Counted from the first letter of the stretch, positions 22,469 to 32,463 are shown. The stretch is 37,302 nucleotides of DNA from Actinobacteria bacterium UBA3028 (GCA_002367715.1 DFDL01000046.1:5290-42591); one strand, 5' to 3'. The notes: generated by a model from the letters alone, not told the origin. Numbers and translations are program-made.

Positions 22469-23757
22469 TTGCCGGCTCCATTCAAAATCTCTGATCCATC
22501 CAAAATATGACGACCGTTGAAGAAGGTATGTACCACCTTTGAGGGCAGTTCAATATTTTCAAATGGCGTGTTCTTGCTCTTTGAGGAGAGTCTATGGCGT
22601 TCAACCTTCCAAGTAGCGTCAGTGTCGATAATCGCAAGATTTGCAACAGCGCCCACCTTGATCTCCTGCCCATGATTTGTATAACCTGCTATTCGCGCCG
22701 GGGCGATTGACATTCGATCAACTAATTCCTTCCAACCAAATAACTTGGTATCAATCATAGATTTAGCTACGACTGATAACGCCGTTTCAAGGCCCACCAT
22801 GCCAAAGGCTGCGCTCTGCCACTCACAATCTTTATCTTCAAGTGGATGCGGAGCGTGATCTGTACCAACTATATCGATTGTTCCATCAGCAAGTCCCGCT
22901 CGTAGCGCTGCGACATCACTCTTAGTTCGTAGCGGCGGATTTACCTTAAATATCGGATCGTAATTTGCAACTGATTCATCCGTTAGTAATAGATGATGTG
23001 GAGTAACTTCGGCAGTTACATTTATTCCGCGGGATTTTGCAAATCGTACGAGTTCTACGCCACCTGCTGTAGTTAGATGGCAGATATGCAACCTAGATCC
23101 CACATGTTCGGCTAAGAGGATGTCGCGAGCTATAATCGCTTCCTCAGCAACAGCGGGCCAGCCAGTAAGTCCTAGTTTTGACGAGACTATGCCCTCGTTC
23201 ATCTGCGAACCAACAGTTAGCGAAGGCTCTTGGGCATGCTGGGCAATAATTCCGTTAAATGTCTTTACATACTCGAGTGCCCGGCGCATTAGTAGCGCAT
23301 CAGAGACACACTTACCATCGTCGCTGAAAATTCGTACCTTGGCGCTGGAATTTGCCATCGCACCAAGTTCGGCAAGGTTCTTTCCATTTAGCCCTTGGGT
23401 AACCGCGCCGATTGGGAAGACATCGCAGAACCCAGCCTCTTGGCCCAGACGATAAACCTGTTCAACTACACCGGCTGTATCTGCAACTGGTGATGTATTT
23501 GCCATCGCCGAAATCGCCGTGTATCCGCCCTTTGCTGCAGCCATACTTCCGGTTGCAACTGTCTCTGAATCTTCACGACCAGGCTCACGTAGATGGGTAT
23601 GTAGATCAACTAGTCCGGGTATTAATAAATTGGATCCGACATCAACGATTTTCCCGAATTTCAAGTCACTGCCAATATTAGAGATCACACCATTCTCAAG
23701 TACTAAGTCCACAACCTGGCCATCAAGCAATCTCGCACTTTTGATCGTGATCTGCAT
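22465..23757 (-). CDS. pyrC: Dihydroorotase
   Basis: [23 protein letters not shown]. Confidence 0.96.
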   Translation of the reverse strand: MQITIKSARLLDGQVVDLVLENGVISNIGSDLKFGKIVDVGSNLLIPGLVDLHTHLREPGREDSETVATGSMAAAKGGYTAISAMANTSPVADTAGVVEQVYRLGQEAGFCDVFPIGAVTQGLNGKNLAELGAMANSSAKVRIFSDDGKCVSDALLMRRALEYVKTFNGIIAQHAQEPSLTVGSQMNEGIVSSKLGLTGWPAVAEEAIIARDILLAEHVGSRLHICHLTTAGGVELVRFAKSRGINVTAEVTPHHLLLTDESVANYDPIFKVNPPLRTKSDVAALRAGLADGTIDIVGTDHAPHPLEDKDCEWQSAAFGMVGLETALSVVAKSMIDTKLFGWKELVDRMSIAPARIAGYTNHGQEIKVGAVANLAIIDTDATWKVERHRLSSKSKNTPFENIELPSKVVHTFFNGRHILDGSEILNGAGN

Positions 23758-24747
23758 TTATGCACTCACCTCTCTTGAATCTCCAGATTTATCTATCTGT
23801 GCGCTGGTTCCACCTAGCGCTGCTCCTCCTAATAGCTGATACAGAACTGCCATTCGCACAAGAACTCCATTTGCAACCTGATTTAATACAACTGATCTAT
23901 GGGAATCAGCACTCTCTGCTGAAATTTCTAGCCCTCTAATCATCGGCCCTGGATGCATCACAATTGCGCTCTTCTTTAAAGAGTCCAGACGCAATTTATC
24001 TAATCCATAACCGCGAGAGTACTCACGCTCTGTCGGAAAGTATGAAGCTGCCATTCGTTCAGATTGCAGGCGAAGTACCATCAGAACATCGACTGCGCCA
24101 ATGACCTCATCTAGATCATATGAAATCTCCACAGGCCAAGCCGAGATACCAACCGGCATCAAGGTGGGAGGTGATACCAGCGTTACCTTTGCTCCCAATT
24201 TAGTTAGTAGCAGAACGTTGCTGCGCGCCACTCTCGAATGCAAGATATCGCCAACAATTGCAACGTGTAGGCCTGAAAAATCACTCTTAAATTCTGGAAA
24301 CTTCTCTCGAATCGTATAAGCATCAAGGAGTGCTTGCGTTGGATGTTCGTGGGTGCCATCACCAGCATTGATTACCGATGCACTTATCCAGCCAGAATCT
24401 GCCAGGCGTTGAGCTGCTCCAGATGCGTTATGTCTTATGACAACTGCATCAGCGCCCATAGCTTGGAGAGTCTGCGCTGTATCTTTTAAGGATTCACCCT
24501 TACTTACGCTAGATCCCTTAGCATTGAAGTTAATTACATCGGCTGAGAGTCGCTTAGCAGCTGACTCGAAAGAAATTCGAGTTCTAGTTGAATCTTCAAA
24601 GAATAAATTGACGACTGTGCGACCACGTAGTGTTGGCAATTTCTTTGTTGCCCCATCAGAGATATTTGCTAATTGGAAGGCAGTATCTAAAATTTCAATA
24701 ACCTCTTGTGCGTTTAAGTCATCGATAGAGAGAAGATGCTTCTTCAT
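23758..24747 (-). CDS. pyrB: Aspartate carbamoyltransferase catalytic subunit
   Basis: [30 protein letters not shown]. Confidence 0.97.
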   Translation of the reverse strand: MKKHLLSIDDLNAQEVIEILDTAFQLANISDGATKKLPTLRGRTVVNLFFEDSTRTRISFESAAKRLSADVINFNAKGSSVSKGESLKDTAQTLQAMGADAVVIRHNASGAAQRLADSGWISASVINAGDGTHEHPTQALLDAYTIREKFPEFKSDFSGLHVAIVGDILHSRVARSNVLLLTKLGAKVTLVSPPTLMPVGISAWPVEISYDLDEVIGAVDVLMVLRLQSERMAASYFPTEREYSRGYGLDKLRLDSLKKSAIVMHPGPMIRGLEISAESADSHRSVVLNQVANGVLVRMAVLYQLLGGAALGGTSAQIDKSGDSREVSA

Positions 24748-25275
24748 TTAAGAGACACCCACAATCTCAACACAGTCTTTCCCATCTAACTCCGCGAGGT
24801 GAACTCGCACCGATTCAGATGCCGAAGTAGGAATATTCTTGCCAACAAAGTCGGCTCGGATAGGGAGCTCTCTATGCCCCCGATCCACAAGCACAGCTAA
24901 CTGCACGCTTCGTGGCCGCCCAATCTCGCCTATTGCATCCAATGCTGCCCTGATTGTGCGCCCTGAGTAGAGAACATCATCTACTAGCACGACATCTTTT
25001 CCTTCAATCCCACTAGAAGGTATTAAAGTCGGGAGAAGTGGTCGCGGTGGTCGCAGCCTCAGATCATCCCTGTGAAGTGTGGCATCTAGGGTTCCGACTG
25101 GAACGCTCTCTTGAATTTGAGTCAGAAAGCTTCCGATGCGCTCTGCGAGATAGGCCCCGCGAGTAGGTATTCCAAGGAGTACTACATTTGATAAACCATG
25201 ATTTCGCTCAATAATTTCGTGAGCAATGCGCTTAAGCGCGCGACCTATATCGTCGCCATCTAAAACAATAGCCAT
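24748..25275 (-). CDS. pyrR: Pyrimidine operon RNA-binding regulator / UPRTase PyrR
   Basis: [38 protein letters not shown]. Confidence 0.96.
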   Translation of the reverse strand: MAIVLDGDDIGRALKRIAHEIIERNHGLSNVVLLGIPTRGAYLAERIGSFLTQIQESVPVGTLDATLHRDDLRLRPPRPLLPTLIPSSGIEGKDVVLVDDVLYSGRTIRAALDAIGEIGRPRSVQLAVLVDRGHRELPIRADFVGKNIPTSASESVRVHLAELDGKDCVEIVGVS

Positions 25276-25281
25276 TTAAAT

Positions 25282-25319
25282 CTCCTTCGCCGCCTCTCAG
25301 GACGGATCGTTAAAGGACT
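25282..25319 (-). promoter_or_regulatory. PyrR-binding RNA stem-loop overlapping the pyrR Shine-Dalgarno
   Basis: The minus strand reads AGUCCUUUAACGAUCCGUC-CUGAGA-GGCGGCGAAGGAG. It has CUUUAA, a CNGNGA hexaloop, upper stem CCGUC/GGCGG, and lower stem UCCUU/AAGGA that includes the SD. Confidence 0.85.
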
Positions 25320-25341
25320 TTCTTGCCTCTCGGGCTGCCAA

Positions 25342-25350
25342 AAGATACCA
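25342..25350 (-). promoter_or_regulatory. Putative extended -10 (TGGTATCTT) of the pyr operon
   Basis: TGn-TANNNT about 23 nt upstream of the PyrR binding loop. Confidence 0.5.
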
Positions 25351-25352
25351 CC

Positions 25353-25361
25353 TGTGGACAG
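25353..25361 (-). promoter_or_regulatory. DnaA-box-like 9-mer CTGTCCACA (8/9 to TTGTCCACA)
   Basis: TGTGGACAG on the + strand, in the pyrR/bldD divergent gap, at -48..-40 from the bldD ATG. Confidence 0.3.
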
Positions 25362-25388
25362 ACAAATCCATCAAGGAGCCCTCCCTTC

Positions 25389-25394
25389 TAATCT
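25389..25394 (+). promoter_or_regulatory. Putative -10 element (TAATCT), leaderless bldD
   Basis: TANNNT exactly 6 nt upstream of ATG 25401. Confidence 0.6.
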
Positions 25395-25400
25395 CCACCC

Positions 25401-25889
25401 ATGATAAATGTCCCCGAACGGTCAATAGAAGATATAGCCGCAGCTATTAAATCGATCAGAAAATCAAAAAATCTGACCCTTAGGGAAGTAGAAATCCAGT
25501 CTGAAGGAATTTGGAAAGCCGTGGTTGTTGGTTCATATGAACGCTGCGATCGGGCTCTTTCGATCAAGAAAGCAATCAGCCTGGCAAATTTCTACCAAGT
25601 CCCCCTTGATCAACTCCTGGGTCTAGCTCCCGAGCTGATTTCAAAGCCCGATGGGCGAATTACCCTAGACATTCGAAGAACTCTCCAACTCAAAGTTCCA
25701 AGTACAGAGATTGGAATTTTGCAGAATTTTCTAACTCTTCTATGTGCCAAGCGACGAGATTGGAATGGTGAAGTTCTCTCGATTCGCAATAGTGATTTAA
25801 CCACGCTAGCACTTCTACTTAATCGCACCGAGACAACTACTTATGAATGGCTAGCTGAAAATCGACTACTTCTGGCTACTAGAACTTAG
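25401..25889 (+). CDS. bldD: BldD-family transcriptional regulator (XRE HTH + c-di-GMP-binding C-terminal domain)
   Basis: WKAVVVGSYER.DRA and LA.FY.VP..LL as in Streptomyces BldD; RRD-WNGEVLSI-RNSD; syntenic between pyrR and nusB. Confidence 0.9.
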   Translation: MINVPERSIEDIAAAIKSIRKSKNLTLREVEIQSEGIWKAVVVGSYERCDRALSIKKAISLANFYQVPLDQLLGLAPELISKPDGRITLDIRRTLQLKVPSTEIGILQNFLTLLCAKRRDWNGEVLSIRNSDLTTLALLLNRTETTTYEWLAENRLLLATRT

Positions 25890-25892
25890 AAA

Positions 25893-26300
25893 TTAGATCC
25901 CCAGAGAAGGTTTTAGAACAATCACACGTCCCAATACACCATTTATATACTTCGCGGAATCATCTGTAGATAGCTCGCCTGCGATATCTACTGCTTCAGA
26001 GGCGGCAATCTGATCATCAATCTCTGCTGAGAAAAGTATCTCAAAGAGCGCAATACGTAGGATATTTCTATCGATGGCAGGCATTCGATCCATATCCCAA
26101 CCCTGCGCATAAGTCATAATTAATTCATCAATCTTACTTTTATTAGCTGCTACTCCCTCGAGTATCGCCGTGACATAAAGCCCTTCTGACAGTTCATTAG
26201 CTGGCCTTGAGGCCAGCAGCGCAAGCGCATCTGCTCCTCGCATCTCGCCCTCATATAGAAAATCCAGCGCCCGTTTGCGCGCCTTTCGGCGAGCACTCAC
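25893..26300 (-). CDS. nusB: Transcription antitermination factor NusB
   Basis: ARRKARKRA, W..DRMPAIDRNILR, YINGVLG; coupled to efp (TAGTG overlap). Confidence 0.96.
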   Translation of the reverse strand: MSARRKARKRALDFLYEGEMRGADALALLASRPANELSEGLYVTAILEGVAANKSKIDELIMTYAQGWDMDRMPAIDRNILRIALFEILFSAEIDDQIAASEAVDIAGELSTDDSAKYINGVLGRVIVLKPSLGI

Positions 26301-26860
26301 TAGTTTGCGCGACCTAAATAAGCCCCGGTCCGGGTATCAACTAGGACCTTCTCATCCTGCTTTATAAAAAGTGGAACTTGGATAGTTATTCCGGTTTCAA
26401 CAGTTGCAGGTTTCGTACCACCAGAGGAGCGATCTCCCTGTAACCCTGGCTCTGTATAGGTAACTGTAAGTTCGACTGAAGCGGCAAGATCAATATAAAG
26501 CGGATTTCCTTCATGGATAGCAACATTGGCTTCACAATTTTCTAACATGTAATCTGCCGCATCTCCAACAATTTGCTCAGAAATATTCATCTGATCGAAA
26601 GTCTTCTGATCCATAAAAACAAAATCATCACCATCGCGATAGAGGAAGGTCATATCTCGCTTCTCTAAAACTGCTACATCCACCTTGACTCCGGCGTTGA
26701 AGGTTCGATCTATAACTTTTCCAGTAATAACGGATTTTAATTTAGTTCTAACGAAGGCTGGACCTTTGCCAGGCTTCACATGCTGAAACTCAACAACGTT
26801 CCAGAGCTGACCATCAATATCTAAAGTCATGCCGTTCTTTAAATCATTTGTAGTTGCCAT
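26300..26860 (-). CDS. efp: Elongation factor P (PGKGP-loop type)
   Basis: [35 protein letters not shown]. Confidence 0.98.
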   Translation of the reverse strand: MATTNDLKNGMTLDIDGQLWNVVEFQHVKPGKGPAFVRTKLKSVITGKVIDRTFNAGVKVDVAVLEKRDMTFLYRDGDDFVFMDQKTFDQMNISEQIVGDAADYMLENCEANVAIHEGNPLYIDLAASVELTVTYTEPGLQGDRSSGGTKPATVETGITIQVPLFIKQDEKVLVDTRTGAYLGRAN

Positions 26861-26944
26861 AATTCGAATCCCATTTCCAGTTAAATTAAAGCCTTTTATC
26901 GCGCCCTTATATCTATTGCTCTCAAGAAGAGAAGAATACCCGAA

Positions 26945-27388
26945 CTACATGCGCGAAATTGCAATTAGCGCAAGACGATATGAGTCTGGGCCAAAACCCG
27001 CAATAGTTCCATTAGCCACTCCTGAGATTACTGAGGTGTGTCGGAACTCCTCGCGAGACATTGGATTTGAGAGATGCACTTCAATTAGCGGCGCTGCAAC
27101 CATATCGGCAGCATCACGAATCGCATATGAGTAGTGCGTGAAAGCTGCTGGGTTGATTATTACTGGAATATTCTTATCTGCAGCCTCGTGGAGCCAAGAG
27201 ATCATTTCAACTTCGCTATCGCTCTGTCTAATATCGCAAACCAACCCCAACTCGGCACCTGCCTGTGTGATTAGCGAGGCCAACCCTGCAAAATCTAAAT
27301 CGCCATAAATCTTTGAATCTCTAAGATCCAACCGACCGAGATTTGGTCCATTAAGTACCAGTATTTTCTTAGAACCCTTAGATGTCAT
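26945..27388 (-). CDS. aroQ: Type II 3-dehydroquinate dehydratase
   Basis: NGPNL..L..R....YG, INPAAFTHYS, EVHLSN…REEFRH.S. Confidence 0.96.
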   Translation of the reverse strand: MTSKGSKKILVLNGPNLGRLDLRDSKIYGDLDFAGLASLITQAGAELGLVCDIRQSDSEVEMISWLHEAADKNIPVIINPAAFTHYSYAIRDAADMVAAPLIEVHLSNPMSREEFRHTSVISGVANGTIAGFGPDSYRLALIAISRM

Positions 27389-28416
27389 TGTGAAATCCTC
27401 TCATAGGCTTGGGCTATCTGCTGGGAAGTTACATCTTCAATCCACATCGGCTGACCTACTCCCTTCAAGCCAATGAAACGTAGCTGACCTCCCCGCGACT
27501 TCTTATCGCTGGCCATTAAATCCATAAGTGCAGGCAAGGCGCTCTTTGAATAACTTGTGGGTAGGTTAAAGATCTCTAATAGCTCTTTATGTCTGGCAAC
27601 AGTTTCACCATCTAATTCACCACGAACGCTACTTAGCTGCGCAGCAAACATCAGACCGATTGAGATCGCCTCACCATGGCGCAACTTGTAATCCTCTAAC
27701 TTCTCCACTGCATGTCCCAAGGTATGTCCATAATTCAGAATTTCACGCAATTTGCTCTCCTTGAAATCCGAACTAACTACTTTAGCCTTCACCTGCACAC
27801 TTCGGTGCACCAATTGGGCAATATTAGATTTTGCATTCATTGCGAGTTCGAGAATCTCTGGATCAGCTATAAAACCACATTTGATTACCTCGGCCATGCC
27901 TGCTTGAAAGTCGCGATCTGGAAGTGACTCCAGGAAAGTAATATCGATTATCACCGAATCAGGTGAGTGAAAGGCACCTATTAAATTCTTTCCTGAGCTG
28001 CTATTGATACCAGTCTTCCCGCCGATAGCCGCATCAACCATTCCTGCCAAAGATGTTGGAATTGCATGCCAAGAGATACCGCGGAGCCAGGTTGCAGCCA
28101 CGAAGCCACCGACATCGGTCGTCGCTCCCCCACCTATTGCAACTATGCAATCACTTCTTGTGAGACCAAAATCTGCGCACTCGCGCCACATCTGCATCAA
28201 AAATTCCTCAGACTTACTGCTTTCACCATCTGGAGTAGTTACAACCTTCACTTTGGCAGAGCTAAATTCGTTGATCCCTATGAGCGCGGCTAAATTTTCT
28301 GAAACTACAATAAGAACCTTGTTGTGAATATTAATTACATTTAATATAGCGTCCCGCCAAGGAGCCTCGAAGGCAACCTCATACTCGCGCTCAGCTTTTA
28401 TAAGTATAGATTTCAT
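27385..28416 (-). CDS. aroB: 3-dehydroquinate synthase
   Basis: GGGATTD, DAAIGGKTGIN, LNYGHTLGHA, HGEA. Confidence 0.96.
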   Translation of the reverse strand: MKSILIKAEREYEVAFEAPWRDAILNVINIHNKVLIVVSENLAALIGINEFSSAKVKVVTTPDGESSKSEEFLMQMWRECADFGLTRSDCIVAIGGGATTDVGGFVAATWLRGISWHAIPTSLAGMVDAAIGGKTGINSSSGKNLIGAFHSPDSVIIDITFLESLPDRDFQAGMAEVIKCGFIADPEILELAMNAKSNIAQLVHRSVQVKAKVVSSDFKESKLREILNYGHTLGHAVEKLEDYKLRHGEAISIGLMFAAQLSSVRGELDGETVARHKELLEIFNLPTSYSKSALPALMDLMASDKKSRGGQLRFIGLKGVGQPMWIEDVTSQQIAQAYERISQ

Positions 28417-28925
28417 AACACACTCGCAAGCTTATCTACGATCTCTTGTGCAACCTCAGCTGGTTTCCGATTATCTGTACTTACCTGCATTGTCGCAAGT
28501 CCTTCATAAATTGGTTTTCGAACTTCCATCAGCGCCATCCACTGTTGCCTAGGATTGATAGTCAGAAGTGGCCGCTCTTTATTAAATCCAACTCGAGGTG
28601 CCGCCTGCGAAATCGAAACCTGTAAATAAGCAACAGGAATTTTACTCTTCCGAAGCGAATCCGCCACATCAATATCTAAAACTGATCCCCCGCCAAGTGC
28701 TAGGACACCAGTCGCAGTTTCCAATGCATCCAAGACGGCAATTTTTTCAAGGGCACGAAACGAAGCTTCACCATCATCAGTAAAAATCTCTGAGATTTTT
28801 TTACCAGCGCGCTTCTCAATCTCGATATCAGTATCCAGAACATCGCAATCTAAGATTCGTGCGATAGCTCTTCCCACCGAAGATTTTCCCGCTCCTGGTG
28901 GCCCGATCAGTACAACTCTAGGCAT
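28413..28925 (-). CDS. aroK: Shikimate kinase
   Basis: GPPGAGKS, D.D, GE..FR..E, GGG, RPLL. Confidence 0.95.
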   Translation of the reverse strand: MPRVVLIGPPGAGKSSVGRAIARILDCDVLDTDIEIEKRAGKKISEIFTDDGEASFRALEKIAVLDALETATGVLALGGGSVLDIDVADSLRKSKIPVAYLQVSISQAAPRVGFNKERPLLTINPRQQWMALMEVRKPIYEGLATMQVSTDNRKPAEVAQEIVDKLASVL

Positions 28926-30110
28926 TTAGGAGATCCCTAGATTGGCGATGAAACTCTCGAAATTTCGCCTTACCTCTGCAACGCTATCGCCGCCAAACTT
29001 CTCTAAAACTACATCAGCTAACACCAATGCAACCATTGCTTCTGCCACTATTCCAGCTGCAGGAACTGCGCATACATCTGACCTCTGATTTATCGCCTTT
29101 GCCGCTTCACCTGTTGCAACATCAACAGTATCGAGGGCCTTTGGAACTGTTGAGATTGGTTTCATCGCAGCACGTACCCGAAGAACTTCGCCATTACTCA
29201 TGCCACCCTCAGTCCCACCTGCGCGATCCGTTCGCCGAACAATTTTTCCGGCTGAATTCTTCTCAATCTCATCATGAGCCTTGGATCCTCTGCGGCGAGC
29301 TGATTCAAAACCATCGCCAACTTCAACACCTTTAATTGCTTGAATTCCCATTAGCGCGGCGGCTAATTTCGAATCAAGACGGCGATCCCAATGAGTGTGA
29401 GATCCAAGTCCAACTGGAAGACCGAAGGCAAGAACTTCGACAACACCACCTAAGGTGTCACCATCTTTATGTGCGCTCTCTATTTCAGCGACCATCGCAT
29501 CGCTTAGTTTTTTATCTGCAGCGCGCACCGGATCGCCATCGATTTTTTCACGATCACTTGCCTCTGGAATTGCGTAATCCAATGGAGCGCATGCGCTACC
29601 GATAGAGAGAACATGGCTAATGATTTCGATACCAACGCTCTGCTTTAAGAACGCTCGCGCAACTGCCCCGAGTGCAACTCTTGCTGCAGTCTCTCTTGCG
29701 CTAGCACGCTCTAATATTGCTCTTGCGTCATCGAATCCGTACTTCTGCATTCCAACTAGATCAGCATGTCCAGGTCGAGGTCTAGTTAACGGCGCATTTC
29801 TTGCTAGCTCAGCTAGCTCATCTGCGGCAATAATATCTGGGGCCATTACCTTCGACCATTTTGGCCACTCAGAATTAGCTATCTGCAGTGAGATCGGACC
29901 ACCCTGACTTTTGCCATGACGGACGCCGCCAAGAATCGATAACTCATCTGCTTCAAATTTCTGTCTAGCGCCTCTGCCAAAGCCGAGGCGACGTCTGGCT
30001 AAATCTGCGCCGATCATCTCAGTAGTAATTTCAATATGTGCGGGCATTCCTTCTAAAATTGCGCTTAAAGCAGGTCCATGGGATTCACCAGCAGTTAACC
30101 AACGAATCAA
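28926..30110 (-). CDS. aroC: Chorismate synthase
   Basis: [33 protein letters not shown]; TTG start with AGGGG SD. Confidence 0.97.
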   Translation of the reverse strand: MIRWLTAGESHGPALSAILEGMPAHIEITTEMIGADLARRRLGFGRGARQKFEADELSILGGVRHGKSQGGPISLQIANSEWPKWSKVMAPDIIAADELAELARNAPLTRPRPGHADLVGMQKYGFDDARAILERASARETAARVALGAVARAFLKQSVGIEIISHVLSIGSACAPLDYAIPEASDREKIDGDPVRAADKKLSDAMVAEIESAHKDGDTLGGVVEVLAFGLPVGLGSHTHWDRRLDSKLAAALMGIQAIKGVEVGDGFESARRRGSKAHDEIEKNSAGKIVRRTDRAGGTEGGMSNGEVLRVRAAMKPISTVPKALDTVDVATGEAAKAINQRSDVCAVPAAGIVAEAMVALVLADVVLEKFGGDSVAEVRRNFESFIANLGIS

Positions 30111-30204
30111 TTTATATACCCCTAAGTTCTGTATGGAAGTTAATCAAATCCCTAAATATAGCTCCTATTCTCTCAGATTCTTCCAATCCTTGTGCAGTAT
30201 TTAG

Positions 30205-30618
30205 CTATCTGCCGATGGCAAATCCAAAAAATATCATTGGTCCAAAGGCGATGCTGCCAGAATTAGCTCTCTTAGCCAGCATTAAAACGAGCGCCACAAT
30301 ACCGCCCAGAATCCAAGAGAGTCCGAAGCTGTAGAGCCAATCTAGAAAATCAAGGCGCCAGATCGACATCGCAGCAAGGAGTTTCAAATCTCCAGCCCCA
30401 ATTCGACCACCAGAAAAAGCGTAAAGAGATATACATGTGATTAGCGTACAAAATAGTGATTCATATTCGAAATTCGAAAGCTCCTCAAAATTCGCCAGAA
30501 TGGAGGCGGATACAAAGTAGCCCAGATCAACATTTCGAATTTTGCGAAGGAGCAGATCGCTTATGGATATTCGAACTCCAAAAAAGAAGAAGGTGCTAAG
30601 TGATATCCAAGTCTGCAT
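30205..30618 (-). CDS. Short A24-family prepilin peptidase (TadV/CpaA-like, no methylase domain)
   Basis: First Asp in SD....KI.N, second in GAGDLKL; C-terminal AFGP; hydrophobic; located between aroE and aroC as in other actinobacteria. Confidence 0.8.
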   Translation of the reverse strand: MQTWISLSTFFFFGVRISISDLLLRKIRNVDLGYFVSASILANFEELSNFEYESLFCTLITCISLYAFSGGRIGAGDLKLLAAMSIWRLDFLDWLYSFGLSWILGGIVALVLMLAKRANSGSIAFGPMIFFGFAIGR

Positions 30619-30624
30619 TACTTG

Positions 30625-30630
30625 AACTTA
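30625..30630 (-). promoter_or_regulatory. Putative -10 element (TAAGTT), leaderless prepilin peptidase
   Basis: TANNNT exactly 6 nt upstream of ATG 30618; no SD. Confidence 0.5.
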
Positions 30631-30658
30631 ACCCAAATCTATTCCAACCTATTTCAGC

Positions 30659-30667
30659 TGTGGATAA
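30659..30667 (-). promoter_or_regulatory. Perfect consensus DnaA box TTATCCACA
   Basis: TGTGGATAA on the + strand, in the 52-bp aroE/peptidase gap, at -49..-41 from the peptidase ATG. Confidence 0.5.
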
Positions 30668-30670
30668 CGA

Positions 30671-31456
30671 TTACTCCGTAATTTCGGCAAGTAGTAGGGG
30701 TCGCATAGCTTCAAAATCTACTTTCACATGAGCGAAGAGCTCAACTTGAAACATAGCCTGCTCTACCAAGAGTTGACCCCCTGATATAACTTCCAGCTGC
30801 GCATCTAAATACCTCTCTGCAAATTTCGTTGGCCATGGCATATATAAACATTCAAGTAACTTTCCAGTCACCTCAAGCTCTGTTACAAGTAGCTCATCTA
30901 TTGCACCAGCAGGAGTAGTCTGAATAATTAGGTCATAACCACTTAACTGAGTAGACATCTCTAAGAACTTTAATTGTAAGTCGGGTGCTGCAGCAACAAG
31001 TGCGCTCTGCCTTTTGGGATTGCGCAAGAAAACGTCGACCGTCGCGACCTTCTCGTTAAGAGCGCCTATCGCCGCTCTAGCTGTGCCTCCGCCACCAATA
31101 ACTGCCACCTTCTCACCACCCTTTAGATTAACTAGATTCCTAAATGCCAGATAATCAGTAGATGTCACAGACCATTGTGACTCTCGGCGATACAAGGTGT
31201 TACCAGAATTGCAGAGCTTTGCAATCTGTGACACCTCACAATTAAGTTTTATTACCGCCTCTTTAAGCGGCATAGTTAATGAGAAGCCGCTCCACTCAAG
31301 GCTGCGCTCTGACTCAAAGAAATTCGCTAACTCATCTTCTCCTACTTCAATCGCATCATAACTTCCGGCAATTCCCAAAAATTCATAAGCTCTGCGATGG
31401 ATCTTTGGTGAGAGTGAATGTGCAATTGGTGAGCCAAGTACCGCGGCCTTAATCAT
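30671..31456 (-). CDS. aroE: Shikimate dehydrogenase
   Basis: GSPIAHSLSP, SLTMPLK, NT, TD, GGGGTARA, EQA..Q. Confidence 0.94.
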   Translation of the reverse strand: MIKAAVLGSPIAHSLSPKIHRRAYEFLGIAGSYDAIEVGEDELANFFESERSLEWSGFSLTMPLKEAVIKLNCEVSQIAKLCNSGNTLYRRESQWSVTSTDYLAFRNLVNLKGGEKVAVIGGGGTARAAIGALNEKVATVDVFLRNPKRQSALVAAAPDLQLKFLEMSTQLSGYDLIIQTTPAGAIDELLVTELEVTGKLLECLYMPWPTKFAERYLDAQLEVISGGQLLVEQAMFQVELFAHVKVDFEAMRPLLLAEITE

Positions 31457-32463
31457 TTAAAAACTCCAGCTGCAACATTTCTATTGAACTCCATATTCCA
31501 TCCTGAAAATTCTTCAAAGTCACTGGTGAATCGGGTATCTCCAGGAGCAACTGTAATGAAATAGATCCAACTCCCGCTGGCAGGTTTTAAGGATGCAGAG
31601 ATAGCTGCCGAGCCTGGATTTGATATTGGGGTTGGGGGTAATCCAACGACTCTGTAGGTGTTGTATGGCGAGATGATCTTGGTATCTTCGTTTGTAACCA
31701 GAATCTCTCCTCTCTTATTGCTTGCATATTGGACAGTTGCATTCAGCTGCAATGGCATTCCAATCTTTAATCGATTGTAAATAACTCGTGCGACCTTCTC
31801 GAAATTAGTCGGATCACCCTCAACTTGAACCATAGAGGCAATAGTTAGAACTTCATAAGCGTTGTAACCCTCAAACCCAATGTCTAATCCGGTAAATGAA
31901 GCCACTGATTTCGCTTTAGCTACCATCTGCTCTAGCGCTGATATCAAAGAAGTGCCTGGAGCAAAAGAATAGTGCGCTGGATATAGCGACCCCTCTAAAG
32001 ATTTCGAGAGCTCTGGGAAGAGTGGTGAGACCAGTTGCAGACTCTCTCTTGAAAATTCCTCGGCATCAATATTCTCACTCTTTTTAAGTACTTTAATTAC
32101 ATCACCTAGATTTGTCCCCTCTCGTATAATCACTTGATTGACCAGACGCTTGGGATCCAATAACTGTTCAATAGCCACCGTTGCAGGTACCTTGCTCTCA
32201 ATTCTATGGACGCCAGCACTTATCCCTTGTGCCTTAGGATTTGAGATGAACTCTTCGATAAAGACATCTGCGCTTTTAATCACACCAGAGGTAACCAGTT
32301 TTGTAGCAATCGCACTGCCAAACTCACCATTCTCCACAACAAAATTAATCTCAGGGCCGCTCTTATTGGCCGGGTAATCCTTCTGCGGCAGCAGATTATT
32401 TACTGCAAGAATTGCCATAAATAGAATTATCGTTGCAAGAGATAACCTATTTCTGATATTCAT
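31453..32463 (-). CDS. mltG: Endolytic transglycosylase MltG (YceG)
   Basis: N-terminal TM, LEG.LYP..Y, IAS.VQ.E, VIYNRL, SPYNTY…GLPPTPI.NPG. Confidence 0.93.
   Translation of the reverse strand: MNIRNRLSLATIILFMAILAVNNLLPQKDYPANKSGPEINFVVENGEFGSAIATKLVTSGVIKSADVFIEEFISNPKAQGISAGVHRIESKVPATVAIEQLLDPKRLVNQVIIREGTNLGDVIKVLKKSENIDAEEFSRESLQLVSPLFPELSKSLEGSLYPAHYSFAPGTSLISALEQMVAKAKSVASFTGLDIGFEGYNAYEVLTIASMVQVEGDPTNFEKVARVIYNRLKIGMPLQLNATVQYASNKRGEILVTNEDTKIISPYNTYRVVGLPPTPISNPGSAAISASLKPASGSWIYFITVAPGDTRFTSDFEEFSGWNMEFNRNVAAGVFK

Noticed and set aside
25276-25400. BldD autoregulatory box in the bldD promoter
   Set aside because: There is no TNAC-N5-GTNA match; only a short CCAC-CT-GTGG palindrome (25348-25357) is present.
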